The notes: generated by a model not told the origin, from the sequence alone. A DNA stretch of 64,000 bases from Patescibacteria group bacterium (GCA_035510735.1 DATKGN010000010.1:27814-91813); one strand, 5' to 3'; counted from the stretch's first letter, positions 29,361-39,020 are shown. Program-made: numbers and translations.

Positions 29361-31205
29361 ATGAAGCGTTTTATCCTGTACCTCAGTGTTATCTTCGTTT
29401 TTAGTTCAATTGTCCTAGCGTTACCCCGACAACACGTCTACGCCGCGGCCTCTTCCTCCGACTATCCGATTCTCCAGGCTATTCTTGATTTTTTAGGCAT
29501 CCACCCAATTAAAAAGGTGCCACCGCAGGTTGCGGGTGAAGGATCGTGGAATTTCAAAGTAGACTTTGGCAGAGGCTCAGGTATAAGAGACGTTCTAACC
29601 GGCCAGCTCAAGGGGCAATCAAATTCGTGGCAGCATACGCTCCCGACGCTCGATAATATCCAAGAGGGATTAGAACTCAAAAATGGCTGTATTTCTCTCT
29701 TATCAAACACACTCCAGCAAAATGCAGTCCACTGGCCACCGGATCATCTAAGTCTTTTAAATAGTTCAACATTTTATCATATTACTGCAAACCATACGCT
29801 CCAATTTTATGATGAAAACGGCGGCTCTTGTCATCACCCGGATCAGGGGCGGCCGACACAGCTTGATGATCTCGGGTGGAATAATGTGTACCCGGCCTCA
29901 GAACTTTGCTGGGCGACGCTGTCAAATGGAACACTTTCGACAGATGATTTGAACTTCCCGGTTTCACTTCCCGACGAAAAAGTATCACTCGAGAATGGGT
30001 TCTGCAACCAACAGGATAAAGGCCAACCGATCAAGGTCCTCCCATGGGGCGATACAAGTGATGAATATTATACCGGTATTGACGCGACGCAATTCACAGA
30101 CACCCATTTTTTCTCTGCTCAGGAAATAGCTGATGCGAAAGCATGTGTTTCTCATGTACGAAACCATAGAATTGACGGTAATCCCTGCCAGCCTCTTGTT
30201 GCCGGCGTCGGCGCCAATATCGTACTTTCGACGAATAATCCGGGAGCTGCAAATGTAGCGCTCTGGACGGGAAAAGGACCAAACGGCGAAAAAGAGGGTT
30301 TTACCTATACGCTCATTCCCAGCATGTTTAATCTGTCCAACGAACACGGAATTTTCGAAGGCTTTTTACAGTTAAACGCATCAGCCCTGTCGCAGGCCGG
30401 AGCAAAATTTAATGGTGAAATTGATATCCCGAAGGCAGTCTATGCATACGAATTCGGCAGAAGACAGCACATCCAGGCATTTAACTGCGCCCTCACTCCC
30501 CAGTCAGAAATCGCGAGATCCGGACAAACGTGCCAATTTCCGATAACTCCCGTAAGTACCGGAGTACCCGTGCCGTCCGGAACTATTACCAGTTCCGCCG
30601 GTCTGCCCCCGACAAGACCTCCAAATCTCTGCACAGATCCTTCGGCTTCAGGCGGGCTCATCAGCAATGATGCCATTAAAAGTGCGATAACGCAGGCTAC
30701 AGCGGGTAAAATTCCGTCCTGCGTTCTTGACGGCGTCGCGCAAAACGAGGGCGCATATGATGGAACATATTTAGTTAACGGCAAGTGCTCTCCTAATGAA
30801 TGCGGAGCGACAGGGCCCTTCCAGATCACGATTGGCCACACATATTCGACACAGCGCGTATGCGCACAGGACACTTCGTGTAATGCCTGCAGTACCCTCG
30901 CGGATAAATCTTCCTGTCCGGATGCAATAAAGGCGTACGGCTTACCGTCTAATACCAATCCGTGTGACCCGGTATCCGCGGCTAATGCTGCGGTTTCACT
31001 CCTCATTGATAAATCGTTTAATCAGTTAAATAATGGCGATTATGCAAGCCAGCAGGCTGCGATCATCACGGCCGGAAATGGGTATTACGGAACCTCAGAT
31101 CCTCAGGATCGTTTCGGCGGATGCAGCTACGGAGAACAAGTCTACAAAAACTGTGACGCGTCGTATGTGTGCCAGAGCCAGGCTCAACCGACTCCGACGC
31201 CGTAA
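29361..31205 (+). CDS. Secreted Cys-rich protein with a putative C-terminal lysozyme-like/lytic transglycosylase domain
   Basis: Signal peptide from ATG 29361; LDGVAQNEG, GATGPFQI, NPCDP..AANAA..L, A..GYYG. Confidence 0.6.
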   Translation: MKRFILYLSVIFVFSSIVLALPRQHVYAAASSSDYPILQAILDFLGIHPIKKVPPQVAGEGSWNFKVDFGRGSGIRDVLTGQLKGQSNSWQHTLPTLDNIQEGLELKNGCISLLSNTLQQNAVHWPPDHLSLLNSSTFYHITANHTLQFYDENGGSCHHPDQGRPTQLDDLGWNNVYPASELCWATLSNGTLSTDDLNFPVSLPDEKVSLENGFCNQQDKGQPIKVLPWGDTSDEYYTGIDATQFTDTHFFSAQEIADAKACVSHVRNHRIDGNPCQPLVAGVGANIVLSTNNPGAANVALWTGKGPNGEKEGFTYTLIPSMFNLSNEHGIFEGFLQLNASALSQAGAKFNGEIDIPKAVYAYEFGRRQHIQAFNCALTPQSEIARSGQTCQFPITPVSTGVPVPSGTITSSAGLPPTRPPNLCTDPSASGGLISNDAIKSAITQATAGKIPSCVLDGVAQNEGAYDGTYLVNGKCSPNECGATGPFQITIGHTYSTQRVCAQDTSCNACSTLADKSSCPDAIKAYGLPSNTNPCDPVSAANAAVSLLIDKSFNQLNNGDYASQQAAIITAGNGYYGTSDPQDRFGGCSYGEQVYKNCDASYVCQSQAQPTPTP

Positions 31206-31402
31206 TAGTTCGCCCGCCCCTCTTTACAAAAGCCCCATCATGCGCTACACTATGCGGGAACCCCTGGGAGGGGGTTTTTGTTAGCCTTTCTTTCCACTCA
31301 GGTGGATTAGAAAGACTTACATCCGCCGACTTGTCCGCCGTAGCTTTAGCGAAGGTGGAAGCATTGGCGAAGAAGAAGCGGTGAGATATAATGAGGTATT
31401 GT

Positions 31403-31618
31403 ATGGATAAACCAAATACGCCATCGATCCCAAATGTATCACCGGTCAGATTCTTAAATGAAGTAGTCGCTGAACTTAAGCGCGTCACCTGGCCGACACG
31501 CGAAGAGTTAATCAAGCTCACGACAGTCGTGATCGCGATTTCAATTCTCGTCGGTGCATTCATCGGCGGATTGGACGCACTTCTCGTTCAAGTACAAAAA
31601 ATAGTCTTTACACGATAA
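31403..31618 (+). CDS. secE: Preprotein translocase subunit SecE
   Basis: FLNEVVAELKRVTWPTREE plus one TM; immediately upstream of nusG. Confidence 0.95.
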   Translation: MDKPNTPSIPNVSPVRFLNEVVAELKRVTWPTREELIKLTTVVIAISILVGAFIGGLDALLVQVQKIVFTR

Positions 31619-31620
31619 CT

Positions 31621-32244
31621 ATGGCAGACCAAACAACAGTTCAGGAAGAAAAGAAAACAGAAGTAGCTCACCCTGCGGCCCCACCGATTATTGAGGAAGC
31701 TAAACCGCGCGTCGCCCCCGCCAATGCAAAATGGTACGTTGTGCACACATATTCAGGCCATGAAAACAAAGTCTCCACAAATTTGAAGCAGCGCATTGAA
31801 ACGATGAAATTGGCTGATAAAATCTTTGATATCGTCGTACCAACCCGTAATATCGTGACAGTGAAGCACGGTAAAAAGGAAGAACAGAAGGAAAAGATCT
31901 TCCCGGGGTACATTCTCGTCAAAATGGTGCTTGATGACGAATCCTGGCTCGCTGTGCGGACTACACAAGGCGTAACGGCATTCGTAGGCGCCGGCAATAA
32001 ACCAACACCAATCTCAGAATCCGAGGTAGCCACAATCCTGAAGTTCATGCAGATGGAAGCGCCGAAATACAAAACGTCCTTCTCTATGGGTGAAGCGGTG
32101 AAAATTGTTGACGGGCCGTTTGCCGACTTTTTGGGTACGATTGACGCAATTGATGAAGAAAAAGGCAAAGTGAAGGTGTTGGTCTCAATATTCGGCCGCG
32201 AAACGCCGGTTGAGCTAGATTTCTTACAAGTATCAAAATTATAG
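31621..32244 (+). CDS. nusG: Transcription termination/antitermination factor NusG
   Basis: WYVVHTYSGHE, FPGYILV, KOW GPFADF.G, FGRETPVEL. Confidence 0.98.
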   Translation: MADQTTVQEEKKTEVAHPAAPPIIEEAKPRVAPANAKWYVVHTYSGHENKVSTNLKQRIETMKLADKIFDIVVPTRNIVTVKHGKKEEQKEKIFPGYILVKMVLDDESWLAVRTTQGVTAFVGAGNKPTPISESEVATILKFMQMEAPKYKTSFSMGEAVKIVDGPFADFLGTIDAIDEEKGKVKVLVSIFGRETPVELDFLQVSKL

Positions 32245-32391
32245 ACTTATCTAGCGAAATCCAGAGCGAAGCGTCGGATTGAGCTAGACTTCCTTCAAGT
32301 TAGTAAATTATAAATCTTCTCCAGCGAGATCCCGATGAGCGAAGCGATATCGGGATACGAACTCGACTTCCTCCAAGTTTCAAAACTTTAA
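32245..32391 (+). repeat. Two extra synonymous copies of the nusG 3' end (ELDFLQVSKL*), each after a hairpin spacer
   Basis: Copies at 32281-32313 and 32359-32391. Confidence 0.92.
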
Positions 32392-32457
32392 TCTTTTCTC
32401 GGTTGACCTCCACGAAAAGGAACACCCGTATAACGTTACTTCCGGAATCAGATGAAA

Positions 32458-33759
32458 CTATAGCGATTTATAGTAGACGTACGCGCCGAATCCTACGGCC
32501 ACAAGGACCATGATAAGGATGATCCATCCCCATCCGAAGCCGCCTTTGGCGGACGCGATGACAGTGAATGATTGCTTCACCTGACCCTGACCGTCCGCGA
32601 GCTTTGCGACAACAAGAAGATCTTTTTTACCTGCTGTTAATGGTTTTGTCGGCCTCCACGTCCATTTTCCTGCTGAGTCTGCGATAACCTCACCGTTCAC
32701 GCCATCCGGTAATATGGATATATCGATCGTGGCGCCGGGCTCGCTAATGCCGGAGATAGTCGGTGTATCGTTCGTCTCACCTTTACCATTCGTGAATGTC
32801 GACACAGACAACACGATCGTGCGCCCTGAGACAATGGGAGTCGGCTCAGCTACGGAGGGCACAACCGTCAAATTACCGCCGGTTGAGCTGTTGCCGCAGA
32901 TACAGGACGATTCCCCGGAACAGAATGCGCTACGGCATACTTTACCTCCGGTTAATTGAGTCACACAAACAAGTCCACCCGGACAATCCAAATTATCGAC
33001 ACACGTTTGCCCGCAGGCGCTCAATATATAGAACGTCGGCGTGGGCGTCATGGTCGGCGTATCCGTCGGCGTATTGTAGTTGTAATAATATGTGGTCGGC
33101 GTATTGTAGTAATACGTTACCGGTGTATCAGTCGGCGCACAGGAACAACTGGTGTCGCTAAGACAATTCGAATTTCTACAACTTCCTGACGATCCAACGA
33201 TTCCGCTTGAAGAATAACAGACATAGCCGTTCTGGCAATTCGTCGGCGGATTAGTTGAGGGATTGCAGGTCGAATTACATCCGACCGTTACCGGAGTCGG
33301 TGTACTCGTCGGCGTATCAGTGTTGGGTGGATTGGTAGTCGTCGGATTTGTTGTCGGGTTTGTCGTTGTTGCCGGCGCCACGCACGGACCGGAATACGTA
33401 TTTCCTGCACAAGCGCTCATGTCTGTCGTCCAGTGCGCTCCAAATCCCGGACAGCAATATTGCGCGCCACCGCAAAGCCCCACACGACCTGCTCCGTTAC
33501 ACAGTTGTATATCCCCATCCGGCTCTGCGGGACAGTTCGTGAAATTCGTAATCTGCCACATGCTGCCGTTTTGACACTGATTGCAGCTGGCGGGATTACA
33601 CTTTGAGGCTAAATCACGAATTTCAGTCGTATGGGATGAAGCAGCGACAAGTACAATAAGTCCGATTAATAATGAAAACAGAAGGAGAACAGGTCCCCAA
33701 TTAAACCAAATGCCGGTTCGGCGGATACTTCTATTATGTCGTCTTTTTGCCATAATCAC
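32458..33759 (-). CDS. Cys/Thr-rich surface protein with Ig-like domain and C-terminal TM
   Basis: N-terminal TM, Cys-rich modules, TPTISG.SEPGATI.I...ADSAGKWTW. Confidence 0.78.
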   Translation of the reverse strand: MIMAKRRHNRSIRRTGIWFNWGPVLLLFSLLIGLIVLVAASSHTTEIRDLASKCNPASCNQCQNGSMWQITNFTNCPAEPDGDIQLCNGAGRVGLCGGAQYCCPGFGAHWTTDMSACAGNTYSGPCVAPATTTNPTTNPTTTNPPNTDTPTSTPTPVTVGCNSTCNPSTNPPTNCQNGYVCYSSSGIVGSSGSCRNSNCLSDTSCSCAPTDTPVTYYYNTPTTYYYNYNTPTDTPTMTPTPTFYILSACGQTCVDNLDCPGGLVCVTQLTGGKVCRSAFCSGESSCICGNSSTGGNLTVVPSVAEPTPIVSGRTIVLSVSTFTNGKGETNDTPTISGISEPGATIDISILPDGVNGEVIADSAGKWTWRPTKPLTAGKKDLLVVAKLADGQGQVKQSFTVIASAKGGFGWGWIILIMVLVAVGFGAYVYYKSL

Positions 33760-33970
33760 CTTCTATGATCACGCATATTTCATCCTTTTGCAAGGGCGTA
33801 TTTGCCTCACTCTTGCCAATAGCGGCATTGTTATGATATAGTTCAACTTACTTCGTCCGTCGGAAGACTCATGAAGGAGAAACCGGGATTTTGTTTGGGT
33901 TTCGATCGTAAAGTAAGACTGACTTCAAAAGCATCTTCTTTCTTTCGCACCACTCCCCGATTTTTAGTCA

Positions 33971-34054
33971 AGAGCTTAGAGCATTAGAGTGTAGAGCTTA
34001 GTATTTCTAAACTCTAAACCTAAACTCTAATGCCCTAATTTACTAAACCCTAAC
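33971..34054. repeat. TTAGAG/CTCTAA hairpin upstream of rplK
   Basis: agagcttagagcattagagtgtagagcttag...ctaaactctaaacctaaactctaatgccctaa. Confidence 0.88.
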
Positions 34055-34056
34055 TT

Positions 34057-34485
34057 ATGGTCGCAAAAAAAATCAAAACAATTATCAAGTTAAACCTCAA
34101 AGCCGGTGAAGCGACGGCAGCCCCTCCGGTCGGACCCGCGCTGGGACAGCACGGACTTCCGATCATGGAATTCGTCAAAGCCTACAATGAAAAGACGTCA
34201 AAACTCAAGGGTCAGATTATCCCTGCCGTCATTACCGTCTTCGTGGACCGGACGTTTACCTTTATCACCAAGCTTCCGCCGGTATCCGCAATGATCAAAA
34301 AGACACTGGGAATTGACAAGGGTGGCGGTAAAGCAGGCCGCGAAATTGCCGGAAAACTCACCAAAGAACAGGTAAAGCAAATTGCAACAGATAAATTACC
34401 GGACATGAATGCAAATACCGTTGAAGCCGCTATAAAAGTGGTTATGGGGACAGCGAGAAGTATGGGGATTGAGGTTGAAAGTTGA
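34057..34485 (+). CDS. rplK: 50S ribosomal protein L11
   Basis: AGEATAAPPVGPALGQHG, GTARSMG. Confidence 0.98.
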   Translation: MVAKKIKTIIKLNLKAGEATAAPPVGPALGQHGLPIMEFVKAYNEKTSKLKGQIIPAVITVFVDRTFTFITKLPPVSAMIKKTLGIDKGGGKAGREIAGKLTKEQVKQIATDKLPDMNANTVEAAIKVVMGTARSMGIEVES

Positions 34486-34556
34486 TAGAGCTTAGAGCAT
34501 TAGGGCATTAGAGATTAGAAAAACTAAACTCTAAGTTCTAAATACTAAACTCTAAT
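34486..34556. repeat. TTAGAG/CTCTAA hairpin between rplK and rplA
   Basis: tagagcttagagcattagggcattagagattag aaaaa ctaaactctaagttctaaatactaaactcta. Confidence 0.88.
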
Positions 34557-34561
34557 TTATT

Positions 34562-35419
34562 ATGGGCAAAATCAGAGTCGCCAAATTAGGCGACGAATCA
34601 CAGGAAAAAGAACAAAAACGACGTGCAGACGCACGGCGCCAAACGAAGGATTCCAAAAAATCCAAAGTAGAGGGCGTCCATCTCCATGGCGGTGAACGGG
34701 TCGCAGTCGTTGAGGGAACCGAAATCAGACCGGAGTTTAAAAAGCTTATTGAAGAAGTTGAAGGCACCGATACCGCTAAAGACGGGAAAAAAGCGAAAAA
34801 AGAACATAAAGCGCGGGTTCGCTCAAAGCGGTATGTTGAAAAAGCCTCGCTCATTGAAAAAAATAAATTGTATCCCCTTGGCGACGCCGTATCACTCGTC
34901 AAACAAACAAGCCTTACGAAGTTCGACGGCACGGTAGAGATGCATATCAATTTAAATTCGCAAATGTTAGGAGAAAAGAAAGATTTCCGCGGATCAGTCT
35001 CGCTTCCTCATGGCACGGGCCGCGAGGTCCGGGTCGTCATCGCCGATGATGCAGTAATAGCCGCCGTCACGGATGGAAAAATTGATTTTGATATTCTGGT
35101 TGCCCACCCCAGCATGATGCCAAAGCTCGCTAAAATAGCTAGAGTGTTAGGGCCCAAAGGGCTTATGCCCAATCCCAAAAACGGCACGGTATCTCCTGAT
35201 CCTGAAAAACGCGCAAAAGAGCTCTCTCACGGGCAGGTGAACTTTAAAACTGAACCGGATCAGCCGCTTATTCACTTATCCGTCGGCAAAGTATCGTTTG
35301 ATGACACGAAGCTCGTCGAAAACATTGAAGCGGTTGTCCGCGCCGTCGGCGCCAATAAAATCTCGCGTGCCACCCTCACCGCCACCATGGGCCCGGGTGT
35401 TAAAATCGCACTTTCGTAA
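34562..35419 (+). CDS. rplA: 50S ribosomal protein L1 with N-terminal extension
   Basis: KFDGTVE, LPHGTG, LGPKGLMPNPK.GTV, TMGPGV. Confidence 0.96.
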   Translation: MGKIRVAKLGDESQEKEQKRRADARRQTKDSKKSKVEGVHLHGGERVAVVEGTEIRPEFKKLIEEVEGTDTAKDGKKAKKEHKARVRSKRYVEKASLIEKNKLYPLGDAVSLVKQTSLTKFDGTVEMHINLNSQMLGEKKDFRGSVSLPHGTGREVRVVIADDAVIAAVTDGKIDFDILVAHPSMMPKLAKIARVLGPKGLMPNPKNGTVSPDPEKRAKELSHGQVNFKTEPDQPLIHLSVGKVSFDDTKLVENIEAVVRAVGANKISRATLTATMGPGVKIALS

Positions 35420-35468
35420 AACTCAACTTGCTATAGCAGCCTAAACCCCGTATAGTACGCTCCTATCT

Positions 35469-35888
35469 ATGGGCAATCCGCGGACAAACGGACAATTAAA
35501 GCGTGAGGAAACCGAAAACGCACTTATGACCATCATTGAGTGGCTAGCTGACCAAAACGAAGAGAAGTTCAGACCACGGACGCTTGAGGGTATATATTTC
35601 AAAGATCTAAAAGGAAGATCTCATCTCATATCATGGGCTAGATTTTCTGTAGAAAATCTAGAACTTCTACACAAGAGGCTTACGAGTGAATTGCGTGACG
35701 AACAGACGACCGGAGAAGATCGATTTACGTTTGGCACTATACGCAACTCACATGAAGATGTCCTCGGTTTAGCCTTTGCTCGTCCAAGCATCGCCCGGGA
35801 ATACGGTGCAAACAGCAAACTTCTCGATCATATGATCGCCGCAGAGGGAAATGTCACTCTCAAAGCCAGCTGTTCTAAGGAAACATAA
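35469..35888 (+). CDS. Hypothetical protein
   Basis: 139-aa ATG ORF. Confidence 0.6.
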   Translation: MGNPRTNGQLKREETENALMTIIEWLADQNEEKFRPRTLEGIYFKDLKGRSHLISWARFSVENLELLHKRLTSELRDEQTTGEDRFTFGTIRNSHEDVLGLAFARPSIAREYGANSKLLDHMIAAEGNVTLKASCSKET

Positions 35889-35955
35889 CAAATTGACCTT
35901 CCCCAATCTCTCCGCACTTGTCCCCCATCTTATAATTGACTATAGTGAATATAGT

Positions 35956-36519
35956 ATGATTGATACGCGCATCGTGCAGTCCCTCAAAGACTCAGCAAGC
36001 GTATTTGTGACTGAGTGCGTCAATAACCCCCAAAAGTGCGGACTCTCGCGGAGTGAAAAGAATTGGATGGAGGAATTAAGTAAAGTCTACCTCTGTGCCG
36101 AGCTTCACGTCGACCTCCCTGCCCATCCAACCCGCGAATTCCTGGAAAAAATCAGGAAAATGACGGAATTCGGCCACGACAGCGCCGTTACGACGCGTAT
36201 GATTCTCTACAGCGCCAATATCGCCTGCGAGAAGGATTTTGCTACCAACACTCCCGCCTATTTAGCCACGCTCGAGCACCACCAGGAGCACTGGAGCCAG
36301 AAACATGTTGAATCCCAGCATGCATATATACAAAAACGGTCGATAGAGGATTTCATGCAGGCGTATTTTGATACACCGGAATCAATATCAGAGCCCGAAC
36401 TCACGTTCTACCTCACTCTCTACTTTAAGCATTTTTATCGACTCCTCTACCAGTTTATGCTATTCTATACGCAGTCGCAGTCACCTGTTTACTATGGCAG
36501 AGGAAACCCAAAATCCTGA
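35956..36519 (+). CDS. Hypothetical protein
   Basis: ORF with likely ATG at 35956. Confidence 0.6.
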   Translation: MIDTRIVQSLKDSASVFVTECVNNPQKCGLSRSEKNWMEELSKVYLCAELHVDLPAHPTREFLEKIRKMTEFGHDSAVTTRMILYSANIACEKDFATNTPAYLATLEHHQEHWSQKHVESQHAYIQKRSIEDFMQAYFDTPESISEPELTFYLTLYFKHFYRLLYQFMLFYTQSQSPVYYGRGNPKS

Positions 36520-36655
36520 CAACGACGAAGCAAGGTTTGATAAATCCCGCAATATGACGGCCGTGCTTGAGCGCGCTCTGGAGGGAGCTGGGAAAATCGG
36601 CGCCAAACTCATAGACGCCGCAGGCGAAATCTTCAGCATGATTTTTAAACGGTAG
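36494..36655 (+). CDS. Small hypothetical protein (MAEETQNP...)
   Basis: 53-aa ORF overlapping the end of the upstream gene. Confidence 0.45.
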   Translation: MAEETQNPDNDEARFDKSRNMTAVLERALEGAGKIGAKLIDAAGEIFSMIFKR

Positions 36656-36718
36656 AGTCCCCTTTCTTGCATTTTCCAACCCTCCTTGTTATAAAGCCAC
36701 TAACTACCCGAACGTGAT

Positions 36719-37561
36719 ATGACCATCCAAGAACAAGCTGAATTAAAACGCGGAGCCCCCTCGCATGAAACTCCAACATTTGATAAGGAATCGGTCATTG
36801 GCGCTACTCGTGTCTTAATTGGCCAACTCGACGGTTTGAGGCAGTTTGCAGATCGCGAGAACCTTGACACCTCAATGGAAATCCTCACAAATCTCTTAGT
36901 GCGCGTGCCTCCCACGGAGGAAATCAGGGAATCGCTCACTGATTTTGTTACCAATGTGCCGGATAAATCAAATGAGAAGGAAAAAAGACATTATGTCCGG
37001 ATGCTCAGATTCCTGGCTCCATTTGTCGACTCCGCAAGCGTACTTAACGGTTTAAATCATGCAAAAAGATATCCGGGATTCAACAAGTTCAAAGATGCAC
37101 TCCCGATCCTCATACAGCTAGATGATAAGTCAGAGGCAATCTCAGCGATGCAAACATTAGCAAAAAATACGAACAGGTGGTCCCGAGAATTTGTATCAGT
37201 AGCAACCGTTTTTGAAGGGTTAGCCTATATTCACAACGAAGATGCGGTCACTATGCTCCAAGAAGGACTCACGATAACAAACCAAAAAATGGAAACAATT
37301 GAACGCAAATCGGCCTACACTGCAAAAGACGGTGATGATATGCACGCGTATTCCTATATCCGTGAGTCCATAATATCCGCGCTTGCCCATAATAACGACC
37401 CTCATGCGCTGGCCGTATTAACACAAGAACTTGAAATTGTGACTAATCAGATAGTCGATTATAAGGAAGCAAATAAAAGAGTTTTCGAAGTAAATCATAC
37501 AACGAATCTGCTAGAGATAGTCAGAGCACTGATGGCGAAGGCTGATGGGCGCGCCGCTTGA
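36719..37561 (+). CDS. Hypothetical alpha-helical (HEAT-like) protein
   Basis: Repeated LA...D..A...L..EL/GL segments. Confidence 0.65.
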   Translation: MTIQEQAELKRGAPSHETPTFDKESVIGATRVLIGQLDGLRQFADRENLDTSMEILTNLLVRVPPTEEIRESLTDFVTNVPDKSNEKEKRHYVRMLRFLAPFVDSASVLNGLNHAKRYPGFNKFKDALPILIQLDDKSEAISAMQTLAKNTNRWSREFVSVATVFEGLAYIHNEDAVTMLQEGLTITNQKMETIERKSAYTAKDGDDMHAYSYIRESIISALAHNNDPHALAVLTQELEIVTNQIVDYKEANKRVFEVNHTTNLLEIVRALMAKADGRAA

Positions 37562-38303
37562 TCAAAAAACGTTTGACGCGTGTATGCGGGCGTTCTCGTT
37601 GGGTAACACAGAAATAACGAATATCGTCGGGTATTCGTTGCTCCCATCCGGCCCGCTCGATCATGACGAAGCAACATTTGAACTTCGCCCATGGGACTAC
37701 CAAGAATGTGATCTGTTTATGGCGGAGTTGGCAATACTCCATAATCAGGGTTCAGAGAGCGACAAGCGTCTTGTCAAAAATAAAACGCTCTACACAAACA
37801 TGGTTGAGTTTGTCCCTTATAACCACCGCGCACACGATTTAGACGTTATAGCCCGATACATCGGGATAAATAATAAATCATTCTTACCTGAAGCGGTATT
37901 CAATACTCCAATGCCTACCCTCCAAAACATCGATAACCTTATGATGAATAAAGCTATTGTAAAACTTCCTAAAATAATCGAACCCATTTGGTATCAAAGG
38001 TTTGGTCCAATAAGCATGATAACACTGCATAACCCTCATGCATCCGTTGAGGATCGTATTGGCGCGGCGATGGCAATAAAAGATAAATATGTGCGAAAAC
38101 CCGTGGAAAGCATTGAGAGGTCACTTAGATTCGCAGAATTAGTGGGTGAGCTTTTTAAGAACAATCCTGATCTTGTAAAAACTGCTGTGGCAGCAGTCTG
38201 TGTGAGCATTGTGCCCGGACGGACCGCAGAACTGCTTAACAACTTCTCCGGTGATACGGCCATTAAGCGCGGTATTTTGTGGGCACTTGAACAATCGAAG
38301 TAA
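37545..38303 (+). CDS. Hypothetical protein
   Basis: 252-aa ORF overlapping the end of the upstream gene. Confidence 0.65.
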   Translation: MGAPLDQKTFDACMRAFSLGNTEITNIVGYSLLPSGPLDHDEATFELRPWDYQECDLFMAELAILHNQGSESDKRLVKNKTLYTNMVEFVPYNHRAHDLDVIARYIGINNKSFLPEAVFNTPMPTLQNIDNLMMNKAIVKLPKIIEPIWYQRFGPISMITLHNPHASVEDRIGAAMAIKDKYVRKPVESIERSLRFAELVGELFKNNPDLVKTAVAAVCVSIVPGRTAELLNNFSGDTAIKRGILWALEQSK

Positions 38304-38315
38304 AACGAATATAAT
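38287..38315 (+). promoter_or_regulatory. Sigma70-type promoter for rplJL
   Basis: TTGAAC-17 nt-TATAAT directly upstream of the L10 leader. Confidence 0.7.
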
Positions 38316-38323
38316 ACACTAAT

Positions 38324-38474
38324 CCTAAAGACCGTGCGCCATTCGATAAAGGATATAAGCCGCACCGAGGGAAATTAGTAAGAACTTAGGGCGTAGAGCA
38401 TTAGAGCTTAGAAAAACTAAACTCTAAGCACTAAACCCTAAACTCTAACATTCCCTCATCAAGAGGGATTTTTT
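38324..38474 (+). promoter_or_regulatory. Ribosomal protein L10 leader, interrupted by a TTAGAG/CTCTAA hairpin (38374-38449)
   Basis: CCTAAAGACCGTGCG...TAA..CGCACCGAGG resembles the L10-leader core; TCCCTC-atcaa-GAGGGA-TTTTTT terminator-like hairpin before the rplJ ATG. Confidence 0.7.
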
Positions 38475-39020
38475 ATGGAACACCCATCGAAAGGGACGCC
38501 GAAAAAAGTAAATACCGTAACCGAACTAACGGAGAGGGTCGCAAAGGCCAAATCCATGATCGTCGTGGAATATCAGGGTGTCAAACACAAGCAATTTGAA
38601 GAGCTCCGGAAAACCCTCAGGAAGACGAATGCGGAATTTGTCGTGACGAAAAACAGACTTTTCAAACGCGCGCTCGGCGATAAATCAAAATTACTGGAAT
38701 CACTTCTCGAACAGCCGACGGCTACCCTTTTCACCTATGGTGACGAGGTTGCCCCCCTTAAAGATCTCATGAAGTTTTTCAAGACTGTGGGATTCGGCAA
38801 AGCCAAAGGCGGGCTGTTGGGCACAACCGTATTAAGTGACACGGATGTAACCCGGCTTTCCACCCTTCCCACCCGAGAACTTCTCCTCGGCAGTCTGGTA
38901 CGGCAGCTTAACGCGCCGATCCAAAGCCTGCACTACGGACTTCAATGGAATTTGAATAAGTTAGTTTGGGCGATAAATAGTATAAAAAATTCAAAATCCG
39001 AAGCACTAAATTCAAAATAA
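38475..39020 (+). CDS. rplJ: 50S ribosomal protein L10
   Basis: VEYQG, ELRK.LR, VTKNRL, LPTRE.L; upstream of rplL. Confidence 0.95.
   Translation: MEHPSKGTPKKVNTVTELTERVAKAKSMIVVEYQGVKHKQFEELRKTLRKTNAEFVVTKNRLFKRALGDKSKLLESLLEQPTATLFTYGDEVAPLKDLMKFFKTVGFGKAKGGLLGTTVLSDTDVTRLSTLPTRELLLGSLVRQLNAPIQSLHYGLQWNLNKLVWAINSIKNSKSEALNSK

Noticed and set aside
32212-32391. Diversity-generating retroelement (TR/VR) interpretation, given Avd-like proteins nearby
   Set aside because: Differences are synonymous and not confined to adenines; no reverse transcriptase in the window.
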